Assembly: GCF_006345805.1 (NCBI RefSeq)
Contig: NC_042999.1
Coordinates: forward strand, 169,074,001-169,138,000
Source of the DNA: Octopus sinensis
Taxonomy: Eukaryota
Direction: 5' to 3'
DNA: 64,000 bases
Positions 36,196 to 50,140 of this stretch are shown in pieces; the stretch's first letter is position 1, and every line of letters begins with the position of its first letter. The notes under the pieces were generated by a model. That model ran no database searches, had not been told where the DNA came from, and saw nothing but the letters and a program-made list of their open reading frames with translations. Made by a program: the position numbers and the translations under genes.

Positions 36196-39100
36196 TACTT
36201 AGAGCGTGCTGGACAGTTTCACTGTCCTACCTGCATCTTGGACATGTCGGTGGCACTGCCATACCGTGCCTAGATAACTTACCGCAAACAGGTAAAGCAT
36301 TCCTGTAACACTGCCAAGCTAGGGATTTTTGGAAATTATCCAAATACTCCGGCTTGAAGGATTTTCGGAACAGGTTGGTAAGTTGGTTCTCATCGAACCC
36401 CAGAGCCCTTCCTAAGACATTTTTTCCTTCTACCAGCCCTCTATAGAATACTGAGGTGGTATTCCCACAGCCAGCCTTGCCTGTCTTGTGGATTAGCTAG
36501 AGTTCGTGACAGAGCACCTCACAAGTGGCTTTCCCCCTCTCCACAAAAAGCGGAATAGGAGTCATTCCAGCTTGCTTAGCCAAGAATCAGGGTAAGGCAC
36601 AACAGACAGGCAGTAGGTGATTACAGATGCTATAAACACCTACACCACCTCCACTCTACCCTTCAAGGACAGAGACCTTCTGGACCACTTCCGTACTATG
36701 GTCTCTGCCTTATCCAGTACCTCGCTCCAATTCTTCTCCACCTGGAAGTATGAACCAAACCAAACTCCAGGCAACTTAATAGGACCATCTGTCAAGTGTC
36801 TGACGACACTGGACGATATCGGCTTGTTCCTCCAGGTGCCGAGGCGCAAACCGATGGACTTGTCCTTGTTAACCTTTGATCCTGCCACCGCTTCGTATCC
36901 TCGGAGAGTATCTTCTATACGAGGTGGTTGTGCTTCGTTAGTTGTACTTCTGCATAAGCAGAAGTGAACTTATCACATCCAATCTCATTAGGGTTGCCAC
37001 CTAACTTCTCCAGCCCCCGCAGCAATGGCTCCAGGGCCAAAACATACAGAATTGGAGACAAGGGACACCCTTCACGAATGGACCGACTAATCAAAAGTGG
37101 CTTTGTTAGGTAACTGTTTATCTGGAAGGTGGACTTGATGCCGCTATACATAGTGGAGATCCACCCATGAAAGCCAGGGCTCAGCTCAGCTGCCTCGAGG
37201 GCAGCCCCCAATTACTGGTGGCCTACTCTATTGAATGTTTTACTTTGGTCTAAATGAACCAATGCCCCTCCTTTGCCGGCTATTTTCCCTACCCTATCGA
37301 AGGTGTAGCGGAGAAGGTGAAGATTGTCCTGGATCAACCTGCCTGGGATTGCACAAATCTGTGCCTTCCCAACAAATTTCTCCATGACAGCCATCAACCT
37401 TTTAGCTAACACCTTGGCCAAAATCTTTAACTCTACTTTAAATAAAGTTATGGGCCGATAGTTACTTATGCTACCCGCCTTGCTCGGGTCTTTCTGGACC
37501 AGCGTCACTACTCCCCAGCTTACAGAGCTGGGAATTCTCCCATTCTGCTGCCAGTTTGCATAGATACCAGCCAAGTTCGGCATTAATTGGTAAAACTCAT
37601 AGGGCCGACCATCCAGTCCTGGAGACTTTTCCCCAGCGCACTCAGCCAGTACCTCTCTTACCTCCACGGTAGTGATTGGGCCTCCACAGCATTCAGCATC
37701 ACGTGTTGAGAGCCGAGGCCTGCCAGCTAGGAACTCCTTTAAGCCCCCGGCACTCAAGCTGGCCGCTCTCCCAGAACAACCGAGCTAAATGCCTTTTGCA
37801 TCTCTTTCTGTCCATAGATCCTGCATCCCTGCTTGTCGGTTAAAGACTTAATACAGGACTTTTTGCCCTTCTGACTCTCCACTTGACGTGCCCATCTGGG
37901 TACGTTAATACCCTCTTGTTTCCCAGCGCGTAACTTAGCTCTAACTCGGCACCCTTCATGTTTGGCATTGAGGTGACGGTACAAGACCGTTCTCGCTGCT
38001 AACATTCCAGGTGCAGAGCCAGATTGCATTGCCTCATCTAGGTTCTTCCCTAAGTCAATCTCTATTTTAGTCCTATCTAAACTTAGCTGCTTGCTAAATC
38101 TAATTGACTCAAAATGGATGGCTCTCTTGAGGACTTGCCACCATCTATTATTAATGATGGTGCCACATAATGCCCTCTGAACTAACTCCTTAATCCGGGT
38201 ACGGAAAGCTTCACAAGCCAAAATAGACTTGTTCATTTTCCAATACCTGGGTCCCTGTCTATAACACTTATCTACCTGTACCTCACACGTCACAAGTTTG
38301 TGATCTGTGTAAGGCACAATGCAAAATTGTGAACAGCTAAGACTATGTTCATCTCATTCCATAACAAATATTCTTTCCATATACGGTCTGCATGAACTGT
38401 CCTTATTACTCCACGTCCACTGTGGAACGCTGGCTCATCCACTACTAGATTAAAGTTCTCTAGTAGACCCTTGAGGCAAGGATTCCCTTTCCTATTGGGG
38501 CCTACACTATCGACGCACGCATCAAGGATAGTGTTGAAGTTCCTTAACAAAACTACCATTTTCGACGTCAATAAAAAGTACTCCAGGTTCCGAAAAAGCC
38601 CGACTGCCCATGCTCGTTAGGAGCATAGACAGCTACCAACCTGAAGGACTGCTTACTTTCGTATGTTACATCCAGGACAACCAGCCTATCTTCTGGGTCC
38701 AGAAAGATGGTACTTATCTGTAAGTTCAAGTTCTTCCTGATAAGGATTGCCACGCCTGCACCTCCCCTCTGGCTCGGAGAAATAAATTTCTCGTAACCAT
38801 TGAGGAGGAGCGAGAATGCTTCAGGTCCCTTCATCTTGGACTCGGTCACAACAGCCACAGTTATTCAATGTGCAATGAGGTCGTCCTCGAAAACAAGTCT
38901 GTTTCCATCTTGACCCCATTCCATGCACATTCAAACACCCCAACTTAATCATCGAAGAAGAAGAAAGGAGTTACTTACGGTTGCGAGAGGGAGCATGGCC
39001 CTTTGCCTGCTTCCCTCATGCTCCTCGTTTCTGCTTGGCTCTGGGTTGGGGTGACTGCCGGGCTGATTATAAATTTGCCCATACACACATCACTAGTAAC

Positions 39101-40900
39101 GTCTATTATTAATTTGTCTTTGTTCCTGCAACAGTCTATCCCTCCAGTCCCCCCTCGCCCACCTTTGCATAGCGGTACTGAGCGTCTGTATTACTTTTAA
39201 AAAAATTTATGCGTGGGTGGGCTTGGATAAAGTTAGTAACTTTTTCATTTTTTGTGTTCACTGCCACTATACGGTCAGTTTTTTCCAGACCCTTCAATGC
39301 AGGGGGATGTGGAATGTTGAATTTTTGTCCAACAAACATTTTACCGGGAGGGTGGGATTGGGAGATTTTTTATGTTCTTCTGTCTGTAAATTTGTTTTCT
39401 TTTTTTGTTTGGGGAGGGGAATCAGGTGTGTTTTGTTTTTTTCTCTTATTTGTGACTGTTGTAAATTCCATCTCCTTGGGTTCATTTCCTTTTCTCTGTT
39501 GTTCTTTCCTCTCTTATTTTTTCCTTTCCTTGTTTTATTTCCTCCTGTTGTTTCTCGTCAATTCTTTTTTTCTCTTTTGTCGAATTGAGATTTTTATTTC
39601 CTTCATCCACGTTCGAAGGAGGGGTGCTACTCGCGTTGGTGTTTATTTTATTTTCTACACAGTCCGAGCGAACGTGACCCTTTTGTCCACACTTGAAACA
39701 TCTGGGCCAACGTCCCTCTACTGAAACATGAATGGTGTGCCCCTCCCCCACAAACACCCTATTAGGCAAACCTTCCAGTGTATTATTCTCCGCTTGAACC
39801 ACCATCTCCAGCATTTGCCCACGCCAATTACGTGCCTCTTTCTTCCTCATGCTCAGAATATTTATTTTCTCTTCTGTGTCAAAAATGACAGCTGCTGCTA
39901 CCCACATCATGTCGTATCCAACCAGTATATCTTCTACCGTCACTCGCTCTGTTCGTCGTCCCATGTAAGTGGGCAGCAACATTATTGATTCGTTTTTCAA
40001 GGTTTCCATTGAAACCTCTTTTGCCACACCAGCCGAGTCAAAATGAACTTCAATGGTTTCACTTCTTGTACCCCAACTAACGTGGCAAATTTTTGGCCAT
40101 ATTGGTGCCAAACATCTTTCCACAATGTCATTTTTCACCTCTGCAATTTTCTTTTCTTTAATGTTGTACACCTTGTATACAACAATTTTCTCCTTTATAG
40201 TGTTAATAGTTTCCACAATATACCTATCAGGAGTAACAAAACACAATAGACTTTCCTCAAAACATAATAGACTTCATCATGGATATAGAGACTGCAATAT
40301 AAATCACTTAATATTCAGACAAAAATATAACTTCATTGGAAGAAACAAAAATCTCTTTATCTCAATGTAGCAGCACTCCAAATCAGGAATACCTGTCATC
40401 AAAGCACACTAGAAATAAATATAAGGACAACTTCAGACAAGATTGACCACAACCATGAACCTATAATAGACCAAGTTTTTACAGAAGGCCAAATAACAAC
40501 ATAGTTAACCAATACAGGAATCATTTTTACTTTTGATACAGTGGATAGAATTCAAGATATGCAATTGACAAAACAATTCTAAAATTCCAAAGGTAATCAA
40601 TCAATCACACAAAAGCCTCTCAACTCCACAAATGTAAATTCCAAAATTCACCCCAACACAACAAAATTCCAAAATGAAGTAAAAACTATTTAGTTACTGA
40701 ATGGCCTAATTACTGGTACTTAGCACAGACTTCTCAGTACTAAATCCATCAGCAAGGGGTTAAGAAAGATAAACCAAAATTAAATACCCTATAACAAAAT
40801 AATAGAATGAGAAAACAGTGCATTCAACTCAACTAAACAACTAGAAGCAACAAATATAAAGAAAGCAAATCAAAAGTTGAGGTAACAGGTTTACTCAGGA
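36196..40900 (-). mobile_element. Tx1/L1-clade LINE (ORF1 with CCHC knuckle 39482-40246; APE-RT-zinc finger ORF2 ~36200-38950, many stops)
   Basis: CFKCGQKGHVRSDC; LVAVYAPN, TDHKLV, WKMNKSIL; KSPGLDGRPYEFY, NYRPITL, LDQSKTFNRV, REGCPLSPILY; C-terminal CPRC..ETVQHA. Confidence 0.92.
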
Positions 40901-42106
40901 ATAGAAACCCTAACTTCAAACCACTTCGTAATTACATTTTTCCTACACTATTTGCTGACCAAGTTAGATTGTGATTTTATGTCAATATCAAGCTTTTAGG
41001 AAAAAAGTAAAACTCAAGTGATGCTATTAAACATTTGACCAGAAAAACAAGTGACATCTTCAGGGAGTTAGCCAATAGGAATACCATCAGACAAAAACAA
41101 GTGACCATAATGGATGATAAACAAGTTCCCAAGTTGTCAATCAACCAGAATTCTGGACTACTCTCAATCTGGCAAGTGATCAGAATGTATGATGAATAAA
41201 TGATGTTCCCAGGATGTTAGGCCTCATGTGAACAAAACAAGTGATGTATATAAGTAGCCAATCAGGACATGAACCAATGTCTTTGCCTCACTCAACATAG
41301 TAGAGCTTGTAAAAAAGTTTTTTTCTTATTCTTTAAAATCTTGAATCTTCATCTTATTTCTTGAAGGATTTAGTTGAACAAATTGACCCCATTTTAAGCA
41401 TGGTACTTATTCTTTTGGCTTCTTTTGAAGAACTGCTAAGTTACCTTGATGTAAACAAATCAAGACTGGTTGTCAAATGGTGAGACAGACAAACACACAC
41501 GCATGCACACAGACACACACACACACACACACAGATACAGACACACACACACACAGGGCTTTTTTCAGTTTCCATCAACCAAATCCATTGACATCACTTT
41601 TGTCATATAATTTTGCTATGAAACCTATTGAACATTTAATTTTTGAATATGTTTTATCACGATAAAACATTTTCCTTCTGTATTTAGAAATTTTCATCTC
41701 ATATATTTATGAACAGACTAGCTGAATTACCTGGCATTGCCTGGGTTACTGCTGTTCTTATTCAGATTAAGAAGATATATTTTTTTCCTCATAATTATTT
41801 TAAAATATCCAAATTGTAATGATAATTAGAATTCAGAACTGAAAAATCTTTCCATCTTGAAGTACCTCAGGGTAAACAATATTCATTGTGTAATATTTTC
41901 TTGGTGTCCAAATGAATAAATTGTTGCTACTTCCAGATCATGAGCAACCATCATAGAGAAGCAAAGGAGAAGCATAAGGTAGAGAGATGAAGTCCAACAA
42001 TCTTGAGGGATTGATTCTGAGATTTGTTAATTGAAATACTGAAACTTAGTTTGACTGGAAACTGAAGTGTCTTAAATTCAAATGGAACATCTATAGAAAG
42101 ATATGT

Positions 42107-42531
42107 TACTCTCTTTTCTCTTTTACTCTTTTACTTGTTTCAGTCATTTGACTGCGGCCATGCTGGAGCACCGCCTTCAGTCGAGCAAATCGACCCCGGG
42201 ACTTATTCTTTGTAAGCCCAGTACTTATTCTATCGGTCTCTTTTGCCGAACCGCTAAGTGACGGGACGTAAACACACCAGCATTGGTTGTCAAGCAATGC
42301 TAGGGGGACAAACACAGACACACAAACATATACACACACATACATACATATATATATACATATATACGACAGGCTTCTTTCAGTTTCCGTCTACCAAATC
42401 CACTCACAAGGCTTTGGTCGGCCCGAGGCTATAGCAGAAGACACTTGCCCAAGATGCCACACAGTGGAACTGAACCCAGAACCATGTGGTTGGTAGGCAA
42501 GCTACTTACCACACAGCCACTCCTGCGCCTA
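42107..42531 (-). mobile_element. S1 SINE, full length
   Basis: Reverse complement of 18438-18838 with (TTTTACTC)n tail on +. Confidence 0.9.
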
Positions 42532-43804
42532 TGTATTGTTGTATTGTTTTAATCTAAATGAAAATAAAAATTCCATGTTGACACTTGCAGAGTCTAATAC
42601 TATTACCTTATTTGAGAATGCATAAGGAACAGACAGACATACAAATAGACAAAAAAATTTATGTAGAGAGAGACAAGCACACACTCAGGTAGGATATAAA
42701 TTGCACCCTCAATATTGATGTATTGTTCAAGTAAATGAGTTTTTCACTAGCTTACTTTTTGGAGGAGATTTGGTTTTGGGCCCTCACAAATATTTTTGTT
42801 TCCTATAAGGGATAGGTTTGCAATTGAAATAGTTTTTTTTGTAGTTGAAAAATGTGTTAGACCAGACACAAAAATGTAATCTCACCCATCTCCCTCCATC
42901 CCTGTTCTGCATACGCTTGAGCATATATAACAGCTTCCCTTCATTTCATACACATTTAATTGTTAATTAACACATATTACAAAGATAGTTTTATATTCTC
43001 CTCTTCAAATGAAATATAGAATATTTGTTTTCATATCGTCTATTCTCTCTTGACTGGATGCCAAGAGCATAAAAAAATCTATTTTGGCCTTCAACTTTTA
43101 ACTCTCTTTATATTTCTCCCTCTCACCTCTCTTTCCGTACAACACTTGTTCACTATATTGATGTAATATCTTTTATTTGTTTATTTATTTGTAATTTTCT
43201 GATAATAAACATTTTCACTTTTGAATTATCTGAATATTATCTCTCAGAAATGATTTTAAAAACTTCCCCTCCCCCCTATATTTTCCCAAGATAGCAGATC
43301 TTTGAAAATGTGGGGAGCAAGAAAAAAAAACAAAACAATTATCTTAATTTTTAAATTCTTGTGATTAAATGTTTGCACTAGCCTAATAGAATATCATCAT
43401 CATCATCATTTAATGTCCACCTTCTATGTGGACATGAGTAGGACAGTTTGACAGAGAACCAGCAAGCTTTAGGGCTGTGTCGAGTTTCAATGTTGTCATT
43501 GGTGTGGTTTCTATGGCTGGATGCACTTCCTAATGCCAACTACTTTACAGAGTGTACTGGGTAATTTTTTTGTGCCACCAGCACTAGTGACGTTACCCTG
43601 TAACTTACAAGACAGATAAGAAGAGAAAAATGAAAAGGAAAAAGCTCCCACCGCTAAGAGGAACTATTAGGGAGGAGGGAAAATAGAGGTGGGTGGCTGC
43701 ATGCCAAGTATTGAAAGGCTAAAGTATGATAGAGGTACAAGCACAGGTGTCTTACTATAGAGGAGATACATGGCTGAAGGAGATAAGATGACGGTTGTGA
43801 TCTG

Positions 43805-44472
43805 GCTGCGAGCTGGCAGAAACGTTAGCACGCTGGGCGAAATGCCTAGCGGTATTTCGTCTGCGTTACGTTGTGAGTTCAAATTCCGCCGAGGTCGATT
43901 AAGGCGGCGAGCTGGCAGAAACGTTAGCACGCTGGGCAAAATGCCTAGCAGTATTTCGTCTGCGTTACGTTGTGAGTTCAAATTCCGCCGAGGTCGATTA
44001 AGGCGGCGAGCTGGCAGAAACGTTAGCACGCTGGGCAAAATGCCTAGCAGTATTTCGTCTGCGTTACGTTCTGAGTTCAAATTCCGCCAAGGTCGACTTT
44101 GCCTTTCATCCTTTCGGGGTCGATAAATTAAGACCCAGTTACGCACTGGGGTCGATGTAATCGACTTAATACCTATGTCTGTCCTTGTTTGTTCCCTCTG
44201 TGTTTAGTCCCTTGTGGGTAATAAAGAAATAGGTTGTGATCTGGCTGTGAGCTGGCAGAAACGTTAGCACGCCGGGCAAAATGCCTAGCGGTATTTCGTC
44301 TGCGTTACGTTGTGAATTCAAATTCCGCCGAGGTCGACTTTGCCTTTCATCCGTTCGGGGTCGATAAATTAAGTACCAGTTACGCACTGGGGTCGATGTA
44401 ATCGACTTAATACCTATGTCTGTCCTTGTTTGTCCCCTCTGTGTTTAGCCCCTTGTGGGTAATACAGAAATA
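43805..44472 (+). mobile_element. Tandem pair of Meta-core SINEs; the first has a triplicated 99-bp tRNA-like head
   Basis: Head units start at ~43808, 43907 and 44006; ggttgtgatc is repeated at 43793, 44232 and 44472. Confidence 0.9.
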
Positions 44473-44866
44473 GGTTGTGATCGGGTACTAGAACAAACTC
44501 TCAAGGAACAAGAAAGTGAGCATAAGAGGACATGGGTGGTTGGTCACAGAAGGGGATGAGAAAGTGTATGAGGGAGGAGTAAACCGATGGAGGTAGAGGT
44601 TAATGCTGTGAGTGATAAACAATGGTGGGTGTACAGGTGATTGGGGATACTGATATATAGAGAGGTAAGGTGGGAAATGTAGGAGTGTCTCAGGAAGGAG
44701 AACAGAAAGTTGTAGAATAATCTGCAAGGTGTAGGAGCAGTGAAAAGAGAGAGAGAGAGGGATATGTGAGAGGCTATAATAAGTGGATCATGATGGTAGA
44801 TATGCGAGGGTACTGAGAATGATAGCAGATAAGGGAGGTGTTTAGAATGAAGAATAGCAGAAGGGG

Positions 44867-44897
<31 letters not shown>

Positions 44898-45280
44898 CAG
44901 TGGCTGGAGACACAGAAAGAAGGTGACTGGCTGAAATAGCGTTAGCAGGAATTATGACACATGGAAATAGTTCTGGTGGTGGTAGGGAACTGTTTAGGTG
45001 GGGATGAGATGTAAAATGTACTGATTTTGCTCTCATGTTTCCTTCACAATATACTAGGACATGCAAGAAAACATGAGACTCTACAAGAGCTGATGAAAGT
45101 AAGGGTCATTATTCAGTTATCATGAATTGAGATTGCTTGTCCATGTTGCACACTTCTTTCATGTTATCCCTGACAGAAATTTAAAACATATTTACCATTA
45201 CTGTTAATATGATGATAGATAGGTCCATAGAGCAACCCTTCATAATACCTCTGACAGAAATTTAAAGTTATTTACCATTA

Positions 45281-45651
45281 GGGGAAGCACTCCATCGGTT
45301 ACGACGACGAAGGTTCCGGTTGATTTGATCAACGGAACAGCCTGCTCGTGAAATTAACATGTAAGTGGCTGAGCACTCCACAGACACGTGTACCCTTAAC
45401 GTAGTTCTCGAGGATATTCAGCGTGACACAGAGAGTGACAAGGCCGGCCCTTTGAAATACAGGTACAACAGAAACAGGAAGTAAGAGTGAGAGAAAGAGT
45501 ACAGCAGGGATCACCACCATCCCTGCCGGAGCGTCATGGAGCTTTAGGTGTTTTCGCTCAATAAACACTCACAACGCCCGGTCTGGGAATTGAAACCGCG
45601 ATCCTACGACTGCGAGTCCGCTGCCCTTACCACTGGGCCATTGCGCCTCCC
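45281..45651 (-). mobile_element. SINE family S3, full length
   Basis: 12-bp TSD tatttaccatta (45269-45280, 45652-45663); tRNA-like head ggaggcgcaatggcccagtgg...ggtttcaattccc. Confidence 0.9.
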
Positions 45652-46078
45652 TATTTACCATTATTGCTTGTATGACAGATAAATCAACAGAGAGACACTT
45701 CATGATATATATCTCTGATAGAAATTAAGAGTTATATACCATTAATATTTATAAGCTAGGTTGATTGCTGGATTGATACAGAGATAGCTAGCTAACTAGA
45801 TAGAAAGGTGATGTTATTTATTACTATCATTAAAGGCTATTCGATTCTGATGGAATATTTGGTGGGTAGGCGTCTGTGAGGGACTGAAGGAGATGTAAAG
45901 CAATGATGTCACATTAGACCAGCAACAACAAACTGACAATGAAGTAAACTAGCTTAACTTAGTTAAAAAGTTTTAAATTCCTGCCAAGGATTACATGAAA
46001 GAGGTATGGAATGTGCACGTGAAATAACTTAGATCAATGCATGAGTTTTAGTTGCCATAGATAACCAAAATACCACGT

Positions 46079-46468
46079 AGGCGCAGGAGTGGTTGTGTGG
46101 TAAGTAGCTTGCTTACCAACCACATGGTTCCGGGTTCAGTCCCACTGCGTGGCATCTTGGGCAAGTGCCTTCTGCTATAGCCCCGGGCCGACCAATGCCT
46201 TGTGACGGAAACTGAAAGAAGCCTGTCGTATATGTATATATATGTATATATATATGTATGTGTGTTTGTATGTCTGTGTTTGTCTCCCTAGCATTGCTTG
46301 ACAACCGATGCTGGTGTGTTTACGTCCCCGTCACTTAGTGGTTCGGCAAAAGAGACCGATAGAATAAGTACTGGGCTTACAAAGAATAAGTCCCGGGGTC
46401 GATTTGCTCGACTAAAGGTGGTGCTCCAGCATGGCCGCAGTCAAATGACTGAAACAAGTAAAAGAGTA
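46079..46468 (+). mobile_element. S1 SINE, full length
   Basis: Matches 18438-18838. Confidence 0.9.
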
Positions 46469-47567
46469 ATCCTCAATATTTACTTTTTCTTTTCACAAAT
46501 CAGTAAAAACTGTGCTCGAGAAGAGATTTTAAATCTATCTTCTTCAATGCTGGTATGTATAAATATTCTAGCTAATCAGGGTAAGTGTGATCAAATAGTT
46601 TATTGATCAGGTATGTATTAATAAAGAATCAATCACAATGACTTTTATTGCTGAGTGAACTGAAGCACTATCTTTAAGAAACATCGCAAATTCTTGAACA
46701 ATTATCCATTCAGCAATTTTGCCATTATTTTCCCTATACATTGTTTGCAATACTATTAGCATTTCAAATTGTACATGTATGTATAATTACCCACTTGGAG
46801 TTTATTGTAGTTTAATAAAATTCTATTACTAAAATTAGAATTATACTTTATTAGTGACAAATTAAATGGATTGTGATATTTAAACTCGTCTATATCTCAA
46901 GATATTCCCTTTCGTCCTTTGGTGGAAAATATAATGAACACTAGTTAAGCATTTTGATCAAATATGTCATTTATACTTTTTCCTCAATATTCATAGCCTT
47001 CTAAATAAATCATTGTACAAAATTATAAGATTATTTTTATTTTTATTTTTTTTTTGTGGTGCATTAACTGTAGAATTAAAGTACCATTACTCATTTTCTT
47101 AATTTAAATACTAAGAAGCCTTTATAATGAGAAGTTACATGAAGACAAAACATCTTCCTAAGGCCAAGTTATTCTCATTGTTTTCTGAACTAGTTCCCTC
47201 CTCTCTTTCTCTAAATCTATTTCAGTTTTCTATACTATTTATCAAAATAGCTTATCAAGCATATTTGCTCTTCACCTTGTTTAGTATGTTGCTAATATCT
47301 CTTTATTTACCTGTCTGTCTGTCTGTCCACACATCCCTCCTTCTATTGATTTATCTGTCTTTTGATCAGAAACACGTGAGAATTGATGGCTGGAAGGGCG
47401 TGTGGCCATAGAATAAATTACCTCAGTAAGTCTCATGTAAGCCATGCTTGAAAGGAAATATTGAGTAATGATGATGGTAATGATCTATGAAAGAGTAAGC
47501 CACATTACCTCATGCCTTTTATAGACTTCACAGTATACATCAAGCTTTTATAGGACTTCACAGTTTC

Positions 47568-48805
47568 CATGGGTTGACTGAAAAGTTCATATGCTGACTA
47601 TGATGGAGTGACGCTAGAGCTGTGAAATCTTGCATGCATTAATTTCAACTCTTCTTATTAGTAACTGCATTATTTCTTTCCAGGTAAACTGACAGCTGAC
47701 TGTTCAAAGAAGACTTCAAAAGTAACTAGTAGCAGCTTCTCTTGAAAATGAAGAAAATTTAGCATTGTGGTGTTATGAAGAACCTGCAAAAAAAGGGTCT
47801 AGCCCCCAAGGATATTCATGCTGATGTGGTTACTACATTAGGGGATAATGCTCCAGCTTTATCAAAAGGGCAAAAGTAGCAGCTGAATTTAGGAGGGGAA
47901 AGTCTTGAAGATGACCCAATGTCTGAACATCCTACAATTGCCACCACTGAAGAAAACATTGATCATGATCACCACATAGTGATGGACAACAGGTGATTGA
48001 CTATAAATCAAAGAGCCAATGTAATTAGTATATCCTGTGAGAGAGTTGATAATATTCTGCTCAATGAGCTTTGCATGATGAAGGTTTCTGTTTGGTGGGT
48101 GCCACATCTTCTGACTCCTGATCAAAAGTGCACCAGGTTGATCACATCTCAGGAATATTTCAGTATTTCCTTGAGTGTTTCTGAACCTAGGATGAGTGTT
48201 GGCTTCATTACTTTGAGCCATATGCAAAGGGACAGTCCGTGCATTGGAAACATCCCTCTTCACCAACTCTAAAGAAGGCCAAGGTCATTTCATCTGCAGA
48301 GAAAGTGATGCTTCAGTTTTTTGGAATGCAAAAAGCATTGTCTATATTGACTTCAAAAGGTGTACACCATCACTGGAAAGTACTATGCCAACTTACAGAG
48401 GCATTTACGATAGGCTATCAAGACCAAATGCCTAGGAAAACTGAAGAAAGAGCTCTTGTTTTATCAGAACAATCCTTCAGCACTCAAAACCTTTGTTTCA
48501 ATGGCTGTTGTGGCTTTGAACTGGTTGATCATTCTCCTTGTTCTCTTGATTTGGTCCCATCTGGCTATCGTCTGTTCCTCAACATAAAAAAAAAACTTTG
48601 CTGGGAACCATTGTTGCAGTGATGAGGATTTCATACCTGATGTTGATGACTTTCTTTACCCACAGCTTCTTCATCAGTGGGATCCAAGTACTCCAAAGAT
48701 GGAAGTGTGTGGACCATAAGGGGGACAGTGTTGAAAAATAAACCTCATGTGGTCGTTCCATGAGAATATCTTGGTCAGCCTATGACCTTTTCAGCTGACC
48801 CTTTA
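47568..48805 (+). mobile_element. Degenerate mariner transposon
   Basis: TIR-like gggttgactgaaaagttcatatgctgac / gtcagcctatgaccttttcagctgaccc; WWVPHLLT, KKAKVISSA.KVM, HSPCSLDLVPSGY (YSPDLAPSD-like). Confidence 0.85.
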
Positions 48806-50140
48806 TAGATGAATAGTTTGTGAAAACCATGCACACTATGTGCAGAGATGCTATCACCAGGGTGAGGATTATACATGAGTTCAGTGAAGAGTTTAACAGA
48901 TAAGTAGGTGTCCATCAGGGCTCAGTTTTCAGACACATCATCATCAACATCATCATTTAACGTATGTTGGCATGAGTTGGACAGTTTGGAGCTGGTAAGC
49001 TGGCGAACTGATCTAAGCTTCTGTTTTGGTTTGGTTTCTACAGCTGGACGCCCTTCCTAATGCCAATCACTTTACAGATTGTACTGGGTGTCTTTTATGT
49101 GTCACTAGCACAGGTGCCCTTTACATGTCACTGGCAATGACTACAACCGTGATTTCACTTAGTTTGACTGTGTCTTTTCAAGCACAGCAAATCACCAAAA
49201 CTCTTGGTCATTTGTCTTTGCCTTCAACAGCCAAAGATAATATTTCACCATCTCATCCCACATTTTCCTAAGTCTACCTCTTCCACAGGTTCCCCCACAA
49301 TTAGAGATTGACACTTCCTTATACAGCTGTCCTCATCCTTATGTATCACATGACCATGCTAGTGCAGTCTTCTCTCTTGCACACTACATCTGATGTCTCC
49401 TGTACCCAGTTTTTCTCTTAAGACACTTACACTCTCTTGTACATGCACCCTGACATTGCACATCCAGTGGAGCATGCAAGCTTCTTTTATCTCAAGCCTT
49501 TGCATGTCCTCTACAGACACAGCTCATATCTCACTGTCATGTAGCACGGCTGTTCACACACAAGCTTCATACAAGATAAGTAGGTGTCCCTGATGGACAC
49601 CTACTTATCTGTTAAACCCCTCACTGGACTCATGTACAATCCTCACCCTGGTGATAGCATCTCTGCACATAGTGTGCATGGTTTTCACAAACCATTCATC
49701 TACTAACGAAGGTAGAAGCTCTCTGAATGTTGCCCAACCTGTTCTTATTCTGGCAGCTACATTCTCAGTGCCTCCTCCTCCTCCACTGCTGACTTGATCA
49801 CCTTGGTAATGGAAGCTATCTGTTACTTTTAAGTATTCCCTGAGGCATTTGACTAAATCTATTTTCAGTACATTCTTAGTGTTTATTGTACTCTCACATC
49901 TGCCACACACAAAAATTACTCTCTGTTAACCTTCCTCTGATACTGCTACACCTCTTATATGTCTTTGATTCCCGACCTTGCTTCCACACCTGAAATTTCT
50001 TCTCAAGTTCTTGTAGTGATTGAGGAAAAAGTCATCAGTATAGAGGAGCTCCCAAGGGTAGTCTGTCTTAAATTCCTCTCTTATATTATCCTAGAGGATT
50101 GTCATGAACAAGAGAGGACTAAGAACTAATCCTTGACTAA
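48806..50140. mobile_element. Rearranged RTE LINE remnant with inverted duplication
   Basis: RT piece EWFVKTMHTMCRDAITRVRI is present on both strands; RTE tail on - at 48936; QG.VLSPLLF on - near 50110-50135. Confidence 0.8.

Noticed and set aside
43805-44100. Regularly spaced 99-bp repeats resembling a CRISPR or tRNA array
   Set aside because: No unique spacers; these are tandem SINE heads in a eukaryotic context.
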